64,000 bases of DNA from the NCBI GenBank assembly GCA_963780545.1, contig CAWACK010000008.1, forward strand, positions 135,988 to 199,987, written 5' to 3'. A model generated the notes under the pieces. It was given only the letters and a program-made list of their open reading frames with translations. It had not been told where the DNA came from and did no database searches. Made by a program: the position numbers and the translations under genes. This DNA is from Candidatus Bathyarchaeota archaeon. Its GTDB lineage: Archaea > Thermoproteota > Bathyarchaeia > TCS64. Shown one piece after another: positions 1-9,149 of the stretch; position 1 is the first letter of the stretch; each line of letters opens with the position of its first letter.

Positions 1-372
1 ATTCAAGATATCATCAATGCTGTAGGAAACTCCAAGATCTGCATATGCCTTGACACCTGTCATGCCTATGCTGCAGGCTATGATATTGCGAACGTTGAAG
101 GACTTAAGAAAACACTTAGAAATATCAGAAAAACGATCGGATTCGATCGACTTAAGCTAATCCATCTGAACGACTCCGCAAGCGAACTAGGATCCGGCAT
201 CGACCGCCACGAGCATATAGGTCTTGGCTGGATTAGGGAAGAAGGGTTCAGACTCATTCTGACTAGTAAACTTTGCAAAAGACCAATGATAATGGAAACT
301 CCCGTCGACGACCGAAGGAGCGATAGAGAAAATATGCGAAAAGTTATGGAGCTAGCTGGGTTAACTAGGTAA
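1..372 (+). CDS. nfo: Endonuclease IV, C-terminal part (runs off the 5' edge)
   Basis: Manual frame-1 translation gives CICLDTCHAYAAGYD, LIHLNDS, IDRHEHIG and IMETP, the Zn-ligand motifs of Nfo; stop TAA at 370-372. Confidence 0.92.
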   Translation: MQDIINAVGNSKICICLDTCHAYAAGYDIANVEGLKKTLRNIRKTIGFDRLKLIHLNDSASELGSGIDRHEHIGLGWIREEGFRLILTSKLCKRPMIMETPVDDRRSDRENMRKVMELAGLTR

Positions 373-599
373 CTAACGTCATCTGATAAACTTCGGTCTC
401 CTTGCTACCTAATATAATTCGTAAGGCTGTAGATGCAAAGTCATTGAGTTCACGGTCGGATAAGTAAGGATAAAGTCTCCTTCCGACTCTGATTACGGGA
501 TCGATGGCCTCAATTCTTTCTCTTTTTCATAGCGGCCTCTTCCTTAGTGTTCTGTACGAGGCGCTCTACCATCGCTCGTCTATTAACAACCTGATTCAT
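365..599 (-). pseudogene. Possible ~77 aa hypothetical protein split by one extra base
   Basis: ATG at 599 reads MNQVVNRRAMVERLVQNTKEEAAMKKR; after a shift in the A/G-rich run near 515-530 it continues RIEAIDPVIRVGRRLYPYLSDRELNDFASTALRIILG...VT*. A TATA-like sequence lies upstream. No homology recognised. Confidence 0.35.
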
Positions 600-899
600 A
601 ATAAATCAGCTTGACAAATTAGATAATTTCTTAGTATATAAATATAACTCAGTTTATCAGAAATATATTTTGGTCAATATTTATTCTATCTAAAAAAGGG
701 TTTTTTATTGTATTTTATGAATGTATTAAATGACTTAATTGCCAATAATAGGCATAAAAAATGGCTTAATAATAACGTGAAATAACTCAGAGAACTAACG
801 CACGCATGTATATAATTATAATTTCGATTTAGACTTTTTAACATCATCCGATCAGGGATAATATTAAAATGCGAGATCCATGAGACTACAAATGTCTTT

Positions 900-977
900 G
901 CCCCGGTGGCTTAGCCTGGCCAAAGCGTTTGCTTGGTAAGCAAAAGATCGCGGGTCCAAATCCCGCCCGGGGCTCCA
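900..977 (+). tRNA. tRNA-Thr(GGT), intronless, CCA encoded
   Basis: Acceptor stem GCCCCGG/CCGGGGC followed by T-CCA; anticodon arm TTTGC-TTGGTAA-GCAAA; T arm GCGGG-TCCAAAT-CCCGC; TATA-like TAATATTAAAA upstream. Confidence 0.95.
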
Positions 978-1189
978 CACTTTTAAAGTTTAATTTTTCC
1001 TAAAATTAGTCAGAGTTTTTTTTAATTATTCGCATATCTTCAAGAATCAATCTCTATAAAATGGCCCGATTAGTAGTGTTCGCTGCTTATCCTTAGTCGC
1101 GCGAACGAAGTTCCCTTCTTGGTTGGTAGTTCTGTAGGTTTACGGCCTTCATGCGTACGTGCGAACCTTCATCCACCTTTATTTCATTG

Positions 1190-1702
1190 CTACGCCACGA
1201 TGATGTTTATTCCGACTGGGGCGTTAATAGTCGTCACACCCGTGTCAATCAGGAATGTCACCGTCTGCCCAGCTGTGATCGTGGCAGGGGTTGTGAAGGT
1301 CATCGAGCCGAGCGTTGAATAACCTGAGCCCTGATTCCAGGTGACCGTGTACGTGTAAGTTGTACTGGGAGAAGCCGCTGCTTCGATTGTCATGGTGACC
1401 GAGTATAGCCAGTGACCAGCTGTGAGGGCCGTTTGGCACGTGCCACCATCCACCCAAGTATATGGTGTACTCGTGGCTGATCCACTACTCTGCACGACGT
1501 TGAACCCGTTACTTACCGCCGTAAAGCCCCCCACAACGTTGTAATAGACACCGCTCTGTGTCTGATATGTTGTTTGAGTAACATTAACAGATGCTGCGTA
1601 ACCTCCAATCGATATGAGTGAGATCGCTAGTATTGGAAGCAGTATTTTCCAAGATAGCTTGTTTCTTATCACACGCATACGCGAGTTTTTTTTTGGCTCC
1701 AT
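1190..1702 (-). CDS. Secreted Thr/Ser-rich beta-strand protein of unknown function
   Basis: Basic N-region, hydrophobic stretch ILLPILAISLISIGG and a GYA-A cleavage-like site; the mature part is rich in T/V/S/G. Confidence 0.7.
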   Translation of the reverse strand: MEPKKNSRMRVIRNKLSWKILLPILAISLISIGGYAASVNVTQTTYQTQSGVYYNVVGGFTAVSNGFNVVQSSGSATSTPYTWVDGGTCQTALTAGHWLYSVTMTIEAAASPSTTYTYTVTWNQGSGYSTLGSMTFTTPATITAGQTVTFLIDTGVTTINAPVGINIIVA

Positions 1703-1839
1703 CTTACATTCGAAGACACTAGTATTCTTTACATATAAAGAAAAGGGAAGGTTAATCTATATTTGCTATCTTTATTCTCGAATTCGTTTAGAGGCTTCAC
1801 TCAAACCTAAATAGCTCAAACACATCCATCGATAGTAAC

Positions 1840-2529
1840 TTGAATGGTATCAAAATAAAGGGCGTCATCTTCGACTTGGATGCGACCCTCGTTAACCTCG
1901 GGGAACATGTCAGATGGAAAGACGCCAAACGCGAAGTTATTGAGATGTATCTGGCTTGCGGCTGCAGTGAAGATTTACTAAAGGAGAATGATTCAAAAGG
2001 CCTTTTCAATCTGATACACGAGATAAGCACCTTATTCACTAGCTCCAAATCGTCAGAGGAGGTTAAATCTATCCAGGATAAAGTCTGGCATATACTTGAC
2101 AACTACGAACTTGAAGGAACTGGAAAATGTGGTTTAATGCCGGGGACACTCGAGGTTCTTGAATGGCTTAAAGCCAATAATTTCCGTACGGGAATATGCA
2201 CTTCAAACTCCACTGAAGTGGCGAGAATAGTGCTAAACAAGCTCGATGTCGCGCCATACTTCTCGTCAGTAATAGGCCGAACACCGAGTCTAAGAATGAA
2301 ACCCCACCCAGACCAAATCCTCGCCTGCTTTAGAGAATTGGAGGTGAATCCGAAGAATGGTATAGTTGTAGGAGATAGCCACAACGATATACTGGCTGGA
2401 AAAACCGCTGGAGCCAGAACGATAGCCATCCCCGTTTACTTTACGAGGAAAAAGGAGATGGAAGCAGCAAAACCCAGCTTCGTGATCAATTCGATATCGG
2501 AACTCCCTAAAGTTACTCTTTTTACTTAA
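1840..2529 (+). CDS. HAD-superfamily hydrolase (phosphoglycolate phosphatase-like)
   Basis: Motif I FDLDATL, motif II TSN, KPHP, motif IV GDSHND. Confidence 0.9.
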   Translation: MNGIKIKGVIFDLDATLVNLGEHVRWKDAKREVIEMYLACGCSEDLLKENDSKGLFNLIHEISTLFTSSKSSEEVKSIQDKVWHILDNYELEGTGKCGLMPGTLEVLEWLKANNFRTGICTSNSTEVARIVLNKLDVAPYFSSVIGRTPSLRMKPHPDQILACFRELEVNPKNGIVVGDSHNDILAGKTAGARTIAIPVYFTRKKEMEAAKPSFVINSISELPKVTLFT

Positions 2530-2633
2530 TGAATCCGAGGAAGCACCTGTGCGCGCACGAACCGTCAGATCCTAAATTATTTTTTCAAAAAGTCTTTTCA
2601 ATGTTGAGCTTTTAGAACATTACATAAGAATTG

Positions 2634-3318
2634 CTAAACTCGGACCCCATTGTTGTTTGCAAACTCGCTAATTCTCATCGATGGAACCCAGTTAGAGATA
2701 GCTAAGCGCGTAGCATCCCTCTGTTCCTCATTTTTCTGGATTCTCACGCTGTTATGCATCCCCCAAACATTGCCGTTCTCTATGAACCCTGGGCAACCGC
2801 TCGATCCATTGTACATGAGGGAATCTGTCTCATATAATTCAACATCATTTGCATTTCCCTGAACGGGTATGTATGAAGAAATGTAAGCGGATTGGAAACG
2901 TAGAGTCAGATTGAATACTAATCGCTTTTTCTGTTGAACGACTCCAGAGAGAGGAAACCCCAGGGAACCCACAGGCGTCCCGCGGGGAGATCAAGTTAGG
3001 TTCGAGGTCGACGCAGGATTCGTTCCTTGATTCATCGATCCGAAGAAGTGCGATATCCCTATTTGGGTTCTCAGCTAGGAGGGTCACCTTCTCAGCTTTT
3101 ATGCCAATATCGGGGGCCCTGACAACCATAAACTCCTTATGAACCGGGTTTTTAATGTCTCCTTTTTGATGGATTACATGTGAGCACGTAACAATTATTC
3201 CTGGGTAGATCATGAAGCCGGTTCCTGTGCTATGATCGCTGCTTGAACTGTTGATCTTCGAACGGGCCCATATTCCATATACCGATTGTTGTATATTTTT
3301 GGTTGCAGCGACGAACAT
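2634..3318 (-). pseudogene. Trypsin-like serine peptidase with a frameshift near 2989
   Basis: ORF 2845-3318 carries GTGF, TCSHVI (His) and DIALL (Asp); ORF 2634-2972 carries GFP and NGSSGCP (Ser). Removing one base near 2989 joins them. Confidence 0.8.
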
Positions 3319-3462
3319 ATTACCATCCTCATATTCGAATTATATACGTATGATCAGCCAAGCGATAACAATAGAAATCGTTTAATTGCTGAAATGACTC
3401 ATATGAAGCGATAAACAGATTTTTACATTAGATTCTAAGCTAATTGACTTGAATTAGAGGGA

Positions 3463-5076
3463 CTGACTATATCCGACACCGAACATAGCATCATTGGTAA
3501 AGGCACTTGGTACGACAAAGCTGCCTCAGAACTAATAGAACGTGAGAAAAGGCTAGGAAGGAGCCTCAAACTCATAAGGACCGAGAGTGGACTAGGCGCC
3601 TCCGGTTTTCCCCATATAGGAAGTCTAGGTGATGCTCTTCGCAACTTCGCAGTCGCTCTCGGATGTAGAGTTCAAGGTTACGACGCGGAGCTCATAGCCT
3701 TTAGCGACGACAAGGACGGTCTCAGGAAGATCCCTGCAGGACTCCCTAAAGAACTGGAAAAGTGGCTCGGTTACTCCGTAAGTATGATACCTGACCCCGC
3801 TGGTCAATGTCACTTGAGCTTTGGAGCCCACATGACAAGCCAGCTCCTCACTGCCTTAGACATAGCCGGCGCCGACTACCACTTCATGAGTGGCTTTGAA
3901 TGTTACAAGAATGGCATCCTCGATGACGAGATCCTAACCATCATGAATGATCACGAAAAGGTTGGAAAGATTATCGAAAACGAGATTGGGCAAGAGAAAT
4001 ACATGGAGGAACTCCCCTATTTCGTCGTTTGCGAAAAATGCGGTCGCATCTACACGACACACGCCACCACCTACCACCCCAAGACACACACTATCGAATA
4101 TGAGTGCAAAGGAATGGAGGTCCAGGGTAACTGGCTTGAAGGTTGTGGACACAAGGGCGAAGTCGACGTACTTTCGGGCAACGGCAAGTTAAGCTGGAAG
4201 GTCGAATTCGCCGCACGATGGAAAGCACTCGACATAAGATTCGAGGCCTATGGCAAGGATATCGCGGATAGCGTTCGTGTCAACGATAGGATCTGCCGTG
4301 AGATCCTCTGTTGGGAGCCGCCCATGCACGTCCAATATGAAATGTTCACTGACCGCAGTGGCAAGAAAATCAGTAAGAGTGCCGGCAACGTCTTCACCCC
4401 CCAGGTCTGGTACCGCTACGGTTCACCACAATCGTTGAACCTGTTGATTTTCAAACGCTTCGTCGGTACAAAAAGCGGATCTGTCGAAGACATCAAGACT
4501 CACATGGACGAATTAGACGACCTAGAGGATATTTTCTTCGAAAAGGTGAAACCAAGAGATATTATGGAGAAGGCTCAGCTTTCCGGTCTCTACGAATACT
4601 GCTGGATGCTAAAGGTGCCAAAGGAAACTGAAGTGCACATTCCCTATAATCTAGTGCTTAAACTTGCTCGCCTCGCTCCGAAAGGTTCAGAGAAAGCGTT
4701 CATCAAGATGAAGCTAGGTGAGTATGGTTATCTTGACAAGACTACAAACGGGCTCGATAAGAGGATCGAGTATGCACTAAACTGGGTCGAGGACTTCGTT
4801 GTAGAATCACCAGAGATCAAAATGACTGAACAGGAGACTGATATAGTCAAAGCTGTCTTAGTGGAACTGAGGAAGGCCAATAACCTCGACGAGTATCAGA
4901 GCATTGCCTTCAACGCAGCAAAGAAAAATGACTGGAAACCTCGTGATGTCTTCCCAATCATATATAGAGTGCTCCTTGGAAAGGGTCAGGGACCTAGACT
5001 AGGGCCGTATATTGCCTTAATCGGAAAGGAAAATGTTATCTCTGAGCTGGAGAACGCAGTCAAAAATAATGACTAG
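3463..5076 (+). CDS. lysS: Lysine--tRNA ligase, class I
   Basis: The frame is open upstream of the tracked ORF and includes GTWYD and ASGFPHIGS (HIGH-type); also CEKCGR zinc knuckle, GKLSWKVEFAARW, KISKS and GPRLG. Start is uncertain (CTG 3463 or ATA 3469). Confidence 0.95.
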   Translation: MTISDTEHSIIGKGTWYDKAASELIEREKRLGRSLKLIRTESGLGASGFPHIGSLGDALRNFAVALGCRVQGYDAELIAFSDDKDGLRKIPAGLPKELEKWLGYSVSMIPDPAGQCHLSFGAHMTSQLLTALDIAGADYHFMSGFECYKNGILDDEILTIMNDHEKVGKIIENEIGQEKYMEELPYFVVCEKCGRIYTTHATTYHPKTHTIEYECKGMEVQGNWLEGCGHKGEVDVLSGNGKLSWKVEFAARWKALDIRFEAYGKDIADSVRVNDRICREILCWEPPMHVQYEMFTDRSGKKISKSAGNVFTPQVWYRYGSPQSLNLLIFKRFVGTKSGSVEDIKTHMDELDDLEDIFFEKVKPRDIMEKAQLSGLYEYCWMLKVPKETEVHIPYNLVLKLARLAPKGSEKAFIKMKLGEYGYLDKTTNGLDKRIEYALNWVEDFVVESPEIKMTEQETDIVKAVLVELRKANNLDEYQSIAFNAAKKNDWKPRDVFPIIYRVLLGKGQGPRLGPYIALIGKENVISELENAVKNND

Positions 5077-5082
5077 TAATGG

Positions 5083-5265
5083 CTAATTGCTGTAGGGCTT
5101 TCCCGCGTTACCCCAGTTATACTTCTCTATGTCATAAAAAACAACGCTTACAGCCTCGGGTTTGCAACCCACAGCCTCACACATCGCCTTCGTTAAGAGT
5201 TCCATCGTCTTGGCCTTTGTGGCCTTGTCTCTACCAGCGTACCATTTGACTTCTATCCACGGCAT
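5083..5265 (-). CDS. 4-oxalocrotonate tautomerase family protein
   Basis: 60 aa, catalytic Pro-1 (MP), GR..K, final WG.AGK pattern. Confidence 0.88.
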   Translation of the reverse strand: MPWIEVKWYAGRDKATKAKTMELLTKAMCEAVGCKPEAVSVVFYDIEKYNWGNAGKPYSN

Positions 5266-5318
5266 TAATTTTCACCGTAAATACAATTGTCTCATCTTCC
5301 GTTATGAAGGTTGCGAGC

Positions 5319-5381
5319 GGCGGGCTCCAAACTCAAGATCCTCATCACCTGTTCAGAAGGGCAAAGTTATCATCGCCCGCC
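5319..5381 (-). ncRNA. Box C/D methylation guide sRNA
   Basis: Minus strand reads GGCGGGC-G-ATGATAA (C)-CTTTGCCCTT-CTGA (D')-ACAG-GTGATGA (C')-GGATCTTGAGTT-TGGA (degenerate D)-GCCCGCC, closed by a 7-bp terminal stem. Confidence 0.82.
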
Positions 5382-5466
5382 TGAAATAGCGGAGACGCTT
5401 GAGACGATAAATGTTTGCGCGTTGTGAGCTGGAAGGTTTTTATTTAATTCTATTAATTCTTCAACC

Positions 5467-5964
5467 ATGAATCGTCCGGATAAAGACAAGTACTTCTTAG
5501 ACATCGCCCTTAGCGTTTCAGAGAGATCTACTTGCACACGGCGCAAATTTGGTGCAGTAATCGTCAAGGACAGCACTATTGTGGGTACGGGCTATAATGG
5601 AACTGCAAGAGGAGTCGTTAACTGCTACGAAGTTGGCTGCATAAAGGATAAGATGGAGTCACCACAGGGGGCAGCATATGATTATTGCCCTGCAGTCCAC
5701 GCCGAGGAGAACGCAATTATTAACAGTAATAGGCCTGACAGGATAGGCGCCACTCTCTACATAGCAGGTAAGGATAATGACGGGAAATTGACCTTAGCCG
5801 TGCCATGCCAGCGTTGTCGCAGGAAGATCATGAACAGTCAGATCAAAGAAGTTATAATACTAAGTAGCGATGGGAATCCAATACATTATGACGTCTCGAA
5901 ATATGCTCAAGGGGATAGCGAATGGTATACGGATGCCCTGAAAAAGTCGAAGAAACAAATTTAG
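5467..5964 (+). CDS. dCMP deaminase family (ComEB-like) zinc deaminase
   Basis: RSTCTRRKFGAVIV, GYNG, HAEENA and PCQRC motifs. Confidence 0.9.
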   Translation: MNRPDKDKYFLDIALSVSERSTCTRRKFGAVIVKDSTIVGTGYNGTARGVVNCYEVGCIKDKMESPQGAAYDYCPAVHAEENAIINSNRPDRIGATLYIAGKDNDGKLTLAVPCQRCRRKIMNSQIKEVIILSSDGNPIHYDVSKYAQGDSEWYTDALKKSKKQI

Positions 5965-6032
5965 TGTGTTTTAAAGATAACTTAGTTAAACTTATAAAGC
6001 AAGCCACTAAACGCAGAACCGGAGGCTGATAT

Positions 6033-6170
6033 ATGAGTCAGGAGAAAAAGATCAATGACCTCGAGGTAGAAGTAGCAGGTCTAATCGACAAAATTGATGG
6101 AATCGAAGAGAAGCTCGAGGAGATAATGGAGCGCCTCAGCGAGATAGAGGAAAAACTCGAGGAACTCTAA
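6033..6170 (+). CDS. 45 aa acidic coiled-coil microprotein (not in ORF track)
   Basis: MSQEKKINDLEVEVAGLIDKIDGIEEKLEEIMERLSEIEEKLEEL*; GGAGG ribosome-binding site at 6021-6025; CTTATAAA TATA-like box upstream. Confidence 0.75.
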   Translation: MSQEKKINDLEVEVAGLIDKIDGIEEKLEEIMERLSEIEEKLEEL

Positions 6171-6351
6171 CCCCCTCACAAATTTAAAAAAACCAATTCG
6201 TTTGTTGCAAACGTAAAGAGATAGTTCTTATAGATTGCGTAAATTTGTCGTTGCTTTTTTTGAACATACATCTAGGTTAATTTTGGAACGAAACTCCAAG
6301 AACTTCTTAATCCACGAGAAAAATTGATTCTAATATTTTTGCGAACTGTAA

Positions 6352-7569
6352 CTATATCTTCATGACTTCCTCACGTACAAAGATAAAGCCAAACACAGAC
6401 GACAAAGCACAGATCGTCAAGAACTACCACCCCCAAGAATAAGAGCCTGTCACGTCGATTATAAGGCCAAATAGGGGCGAACCTATAATATTCCCTATAA
6501 GCCCGATCATATTGGAGTAGCCAACAGCTAATCCTGCGTTCTCCCTCCCAGCGAACTCCGAGACGAGCACGAAGTTCAGCCCACCCCACCCAAGGGCTGA
6601 GAATCCGAACAGGGCGAATATTACCGAGAGCACTACATAGGGAGTGCTCGAGGTTATGTATTGCATTAATATTGAAAAGACAAAAGACATCAATCCTGCG
6701 AGCAGTAAAGGCTTCTTTCTGCTCCCACCGAAGAGTCGATCGCTCATGGCCCCGAGTAAGGGTTTCCCGATTGCTCCACCCGAGTTCACAATCGCGAGGA
6801 AGCCCCCAGCGAGAGTCACGGAGATGCCAACGAACTCTTTTAAGTATATGATTAGGTAGGTTGTCATGGCGAACTGCACGATCATAAGCCCGATGCATGA
6901 TAGGCTGATGAGGAAGATGTTTCCTGCGCGCGCGGCATTCTTGTTCGATCTTGACATCGGCTTCGAAGGCGCAACGTCAATTAACGTATTTGGAGCGTCC
7001 TTATAGAGGGTGTACGCTATCACCGCGATGATGATTGTAACTATACCTATGTCAACAAAACCGGTGCGCCACCCATAGAATATTGCGACTGTTGGGAGGG
7101 TTGCAGCCGTAATTATACCTCCTACGTTCACGGCAGTCTGGTTGATCCCGATGGTTGTCCCTCGCTCCTTGATAGGGAACCATGTCAGAAGGGCCTTCGT
7201 TGAGACGGTGGGGAAGGCGCCGCATCCAAAGCCTGCCACGATGAGGAGGACGAGTGCCGTAGGATAGTTGGTCACGAAGTACATTCCTAGAACGAGTGCT
7301 CCTGCGAAGGATGTTCCAAGCAAGATCATCTTCCTAACACCAAGATCGTCAACGAGCCATCCAGCTGGTATCTGCGCCACAGTGTAGCCTACTGCCACCG
7401 CTGAGACGAGAATACCTATGTCAAATCTTGAGAGATTCAGATCAGTTGCTATGAAGGTCGAGAGGGGAGGCACCGCGTTTCTGATTAGGTGGACGCTCAT
7501 ATAGGTGAGCCATGTCACCATTAGGACAACCTACCGGTAGCGCTTGACGTCCGCGTAAATGGCAGCCAA
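6352..7569 (-). CDS. MFS transporter interrupted by two in-frame TAG codons (7531-7533 and 6424-6426)
   Basis: Motif A GWLVDDLGVRK and GAMSDRLFGG; the frame extends to a TTG at 7569 (RYR*VVL) and through a final hydrophobic helix to a stop at 6352. Confidence 0.85.
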
Positions 7570-7895
7570 TCTGGGTCTTCTATCAACTTTCCTAATATTA
7601 TATAACTTTAATTGGTCATATTGAGTACTTCGTTTAAAGTAGACAGATTACTATCAACCAAAGCAACCAAATATTGTACTTGATATTCCTTTAAGAAGAG
7701 GTTAGACCTTAAGCGACGACAATATAAATATGCAATCAAACCAGAAGATTTTGGTAATAAGTAAAAGTAGATTAGAGTTCGTGGCTGCTCATAAAAATAC
7801 AGGCAAAACGTACAGTTAAAACAAATCTAATCTAAGAAGGCTCTAAGCTTATGGATGCTTTTTAAGACAGGCCTAACAACACCAGTACGCAACCG

Positions 7896-9149
7896 ATGCC
7901 CGAAGAAGTTAGACCTAAAGAGATCTTGAAAGGACGAGCAATAATCTGCATGCTCAAAACCAATGTTCATGATCATAAAATATACCGTGTCAGACTCGAT
8001 GAACTAAAGAACCTTGTCGAAGCTCTTGGAATAGAGGTCTTTGGCGAGATCGTCCAGACCCGATATAGACCCTTTGAACGTTATTGCATAGGTAAGGGAA
8101 AGGTGGAAGAGATCAAGAAACAAGCGGAGAAACACGACATTCAGCTAGTCGTCTTCTACAACTTACTAAAGAGCAGCCAGAAACTAGCTCTCATCAAGGG
8201 CACTGGATGCGATGTTATTGACAGATACGAACTAACTCTCGAAATTTTCGACCAAATGGCTTCCGATAACCTAAGCAAACTTCAGATAGAATCCGCGAGA
8301 CTCGAAAAATTGGCGCCTTTCTATAAACTCGCTGCCAACGTCCACTTTACTCATGACCGTCCATTCTTTCACAGCGGTGGTGAGTATGGTTTCCGTGGTC
8401 AACTCCGAGAGATATCACGCCGCCAAGCCGACATCAGGGAAGATATAGAGTCGATGATGATTGAGAAGAGAAGACAAATCGACAACAGACAAAAACTTGG
8501 CTATCCGACAATATGCATCGCTGGATTCTACAACGCAGGCAAGACAAGCCTGTTCAACGCACTAACAGGGGAGCATAAGCCAGTAAGTGACCGTCCTTTC
8601 ACGACACTTAGTAGCAAATATCAAAAGAGGTACATCGACTCAAATACAACTGTTCTCTTTATAGACACAATCGGCTTTGTTCTTGATCTTGACCACCGTC
8701 TCATTAAGAGTTTTCAACTCAATTTTGAGGACATTCGTAGCGCTGATGTAGTCATACTTCTTTTCGAAATAACTGATCCATCCCTCACACTGAAGCTCAA
8801 GCTTGATGAGGGTATTAGTCTACTTCGAGATATCGGTGTTCCAATGGAGCGTTTAATTTTAGTCTTCAATAAGATCGACAAATCTCCAGAATCGCCTGCT
8901 ATTGTTGAAAAAGAGCTCAACTTAAGTCACTACGATATCCCTTGGATATCAGTATCCGCCAAACAACGCAACAATCTAAATGACTTACTCGATCTCATCG
9001 CATGGAAGATCAAGGAACTCAAGGAGAAGCCGTTCACTCACGATGAGTCCTTTAGGATACCTCAACCCATCGATGAAGCGATCAAATCAGAGGAGGTCGA
9101 AGAAGACTCTGACATCGAAGACGACGAAGAAGACGAAGATGAAAGCTAA
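7896..9149 (+). CDS. hflX: GTPase HflX
   Basis: G1 GFYNAGKT, FTTL, DTIGF, NKID, SAK; N-terminal IGKGK and IDR..L.LEIF; acidic tail. Confidence 0.9.
   Translation: MPEEVRPKEILKGRAIICMLKTNVHDHKIYRVRLDELKNLVEALGIEVFGEIVQTRYRPFERYCIGKGKVEEIKKQAEKHDIQLVVFYNLLKSSQKLALIKGTGCDVIDRYELTLEIFDQMASDNLSKLQIESARLEKLAPFYKLAANVHFTHDRPFFHSGGEYGFRGQLREISRRQADIREDIESMMIEKRRQIDNRQKLGYPTICIAGFYNAGKTSLFNALTGEHKPVSDRPFTTLSSKYQKRYIDSNTTVLFIDTIGFVLDLDHRLIKSFQLNFEDIRSADVVILLFEITDPSLTLKLKLDEGISLLRDIGVPMERLILVFNKIDKSPESPAIVEKELNLSHYDIPWISVSAKQRNNLNDLLDLIAWKIKELKEKPFTHDESFRIPQPIDEAIKSEEVEEDSDIEDDEEDEDES

Noticed and set aside
960..5330. Integrated element at tRNA-Thr bounded by a GGGCTCCA repeat at about 5322
   Set aside because: The match is only 8 bp, belongs to the C/D sRNA stem, the interval contains essential lysS, and no integrase is present.
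6033..6170. Resemblance of EIMERLSEIEEK to the MtrG coiled coil
   Set aside because: Generic heptad similarity only; no transmembrane helix and no mtr genes nearby.
8980..9138. Long N-terminal extension of endonuclease III overlapping hflX
   Set aside because: It is an alternative-frame read of the hflX acidic tail; ATG 9139 gives a normal-length protein.
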